Source of the DNA: Eremomyces bilateralis CBS 781.70
Taxonomy: Eukaryota
Strand: one strand, 5' to 3'
NCBI GenBank assembly: GCA_010015585.1
Contig: ML975150.1
DNA length: 64,000 nt
The stretch's first letter is position 1. Each line of letters begins with the position of its first letter. Positions 62,947 to 64,000 of this stretch are shown piece by piece. Made by a program: the position numbers and the translations under genes. The notes beneath the pieces were generated by a model. The model did not search any database. It saw only the letters and a program-made list of their open reading frames with translations, and had not been told where the DNA came from.

Positions 62947-64000
62947 ATGTCGGGCATTGCTTCCAAGGTATGTGGTTTTTGAGAGTATGCGTGCGGTGGA
63001 TGGGTGCGGATGGAGCGGGTTGAAAAGCTGCAGGGCTTTCGATTCCTTCCATCCATCCATGGCGGCTTTGCACGGATGAATTTGAAGATTCAATGGCTAA
63101 TTCATCGTTCGCGGATTATAGAACCTCTACGATCTACTCGGTACGTGTTTTTAAACAGTCTCATCGGTGAATGAGGAGTGTGGTTCATCCGCCAGATTTC
63201 CCTGGCACGAATTGGACCACGACCATCAATCCGGTCCTAATCATCTCAGAAAAGAATCGTAGCTCATCAATGTTCTTCTCTCAACAGGCAACGATATCGA
63301 GGCCGACCCTTCGCTTCCTCCCCCAAAGCCTGTCGAGCCCGTCGACCGCACCCTTCCGCGCACCGGCAAGCGAAACGCCACCGGAGAGGCCCCTGTTGCC
63401 GCTATCCCGGCTGGAGGTGTCCGCGGTGGTCGATCCCGCCAGGAAGCTTCAGGTAATGATGGAGGTTCGTACATATCGTTTAGTCCCAGATGATGGCAAA
63501 AGAGTCATAGCTAATATAGGATGACAGCGTTCCGAGACCGCAACGCCGGCCATGGCAGCAATGTGACCCGCAACCGGGAGTACACTGGAGCAGGTATGGC
63601 TACTTGAGCGCAAGATGTATGATTATGACTAACGATTAGAAGAGGGTGAGCGTGGTGGATACCGTGGTCGTGGCCGTGGTGGCCGTGGTCGTGGAGAGGG
63701 TGGACGACGTGGAGGCTTTGACCGCCATAGCCGCACCGGCGTCGCGTAAGCCTTCCCTTTCTCCCAACGCATGTGACTTTGCTAACCCACCTCAGCGATC
63801 ATGACAAGCAACTCGCTCACGGCTGGGGCGCTAAGACCGGCGAAGGCGAATTCGCTGACGAGAGAGCCGGCGACGCCATCGCCAAGGCCGACGAGAAGGC
63901 GGCGGCCGGCTCCGTCCCCGCGGGTGCCGATTCCGGCTTCGACGACGCCGCTCCCGTCGGCGGCGACATGCTGACCGAGGCTGCCGAGCCCGAACCGGAG
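62947..64000 (+). CDS. STM1: Stm1/SERBP1-like ribosome hibernation RGG protein, truncated by the window end
   Basis: MSGIASK|NLYDLLG|NDIE.., RGG repeats, FDRHSRTG, KQLAHGWG..EFADE; five introns in the window. Confidence 0.85.

Noticed and set aside
1..64000. CRISPR arrays, rRNA, snRNA, intact transposons, secondary-metabolite cluster
   Set aside because: No repeat-spacer pattern, RNA signature, transposase/RT or PKS/NRPS motifs were recognised by eye; an Rfam/RepeatMasker scan would be needed to exclude small elements.

Overview
Eukaryotic DNA: a compact, gene-dense stretch of a filamentous ascomycete (Pezizomycotina) chromosome with short GT-AG introns and CTAAC/CTGAC branch points. I can support 26 apparently intact protein genes (STM1 is truncated by the window end) and one pseudogene. 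The genes are CHL1 helicase, a Leu3/Sef1-like Zn2Cys6 factor, RPL34, PRP8, an arabinitol-dehydrogenase-like SDR, an inositol 5-phosphatase, a DUF2235/Tle1-like hydrolase, a Whi5-domain protein, a Rad51 paralog, a secreted Cys-rich protein, two START/SRPBCC-like genes, NDUFS5, a DUF4097-like membrane protein, a sterol O-acyltransferase, AP-1 gamma, parvulin PIN4, COX7, CCDC47, PFA5, a small Cys-rich zinc-binding protein, a secreted lipase, an unknown membrane protein, a bZIP factor and STM1. The clearest selfish element is a 162-aa mini-intein in PRP8, which belongs to a known class. Other points of interest are a 5-nt micro-exon completing the CHL1 Walker A motif, a 10-nt micro-exon in PIN4, a pseudogenised intradiol dioxygenase, substitutions in normally conserved Prp8 motifs, and a recurring C-rich then G-rich switch on the sense strand at the 3' end of many coding sequences. 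I recognised no tRNA, rRNA, CRISPR array or intact transposon. Exon boundaries were read by hand and family names come from recalled motifs, not database searches.
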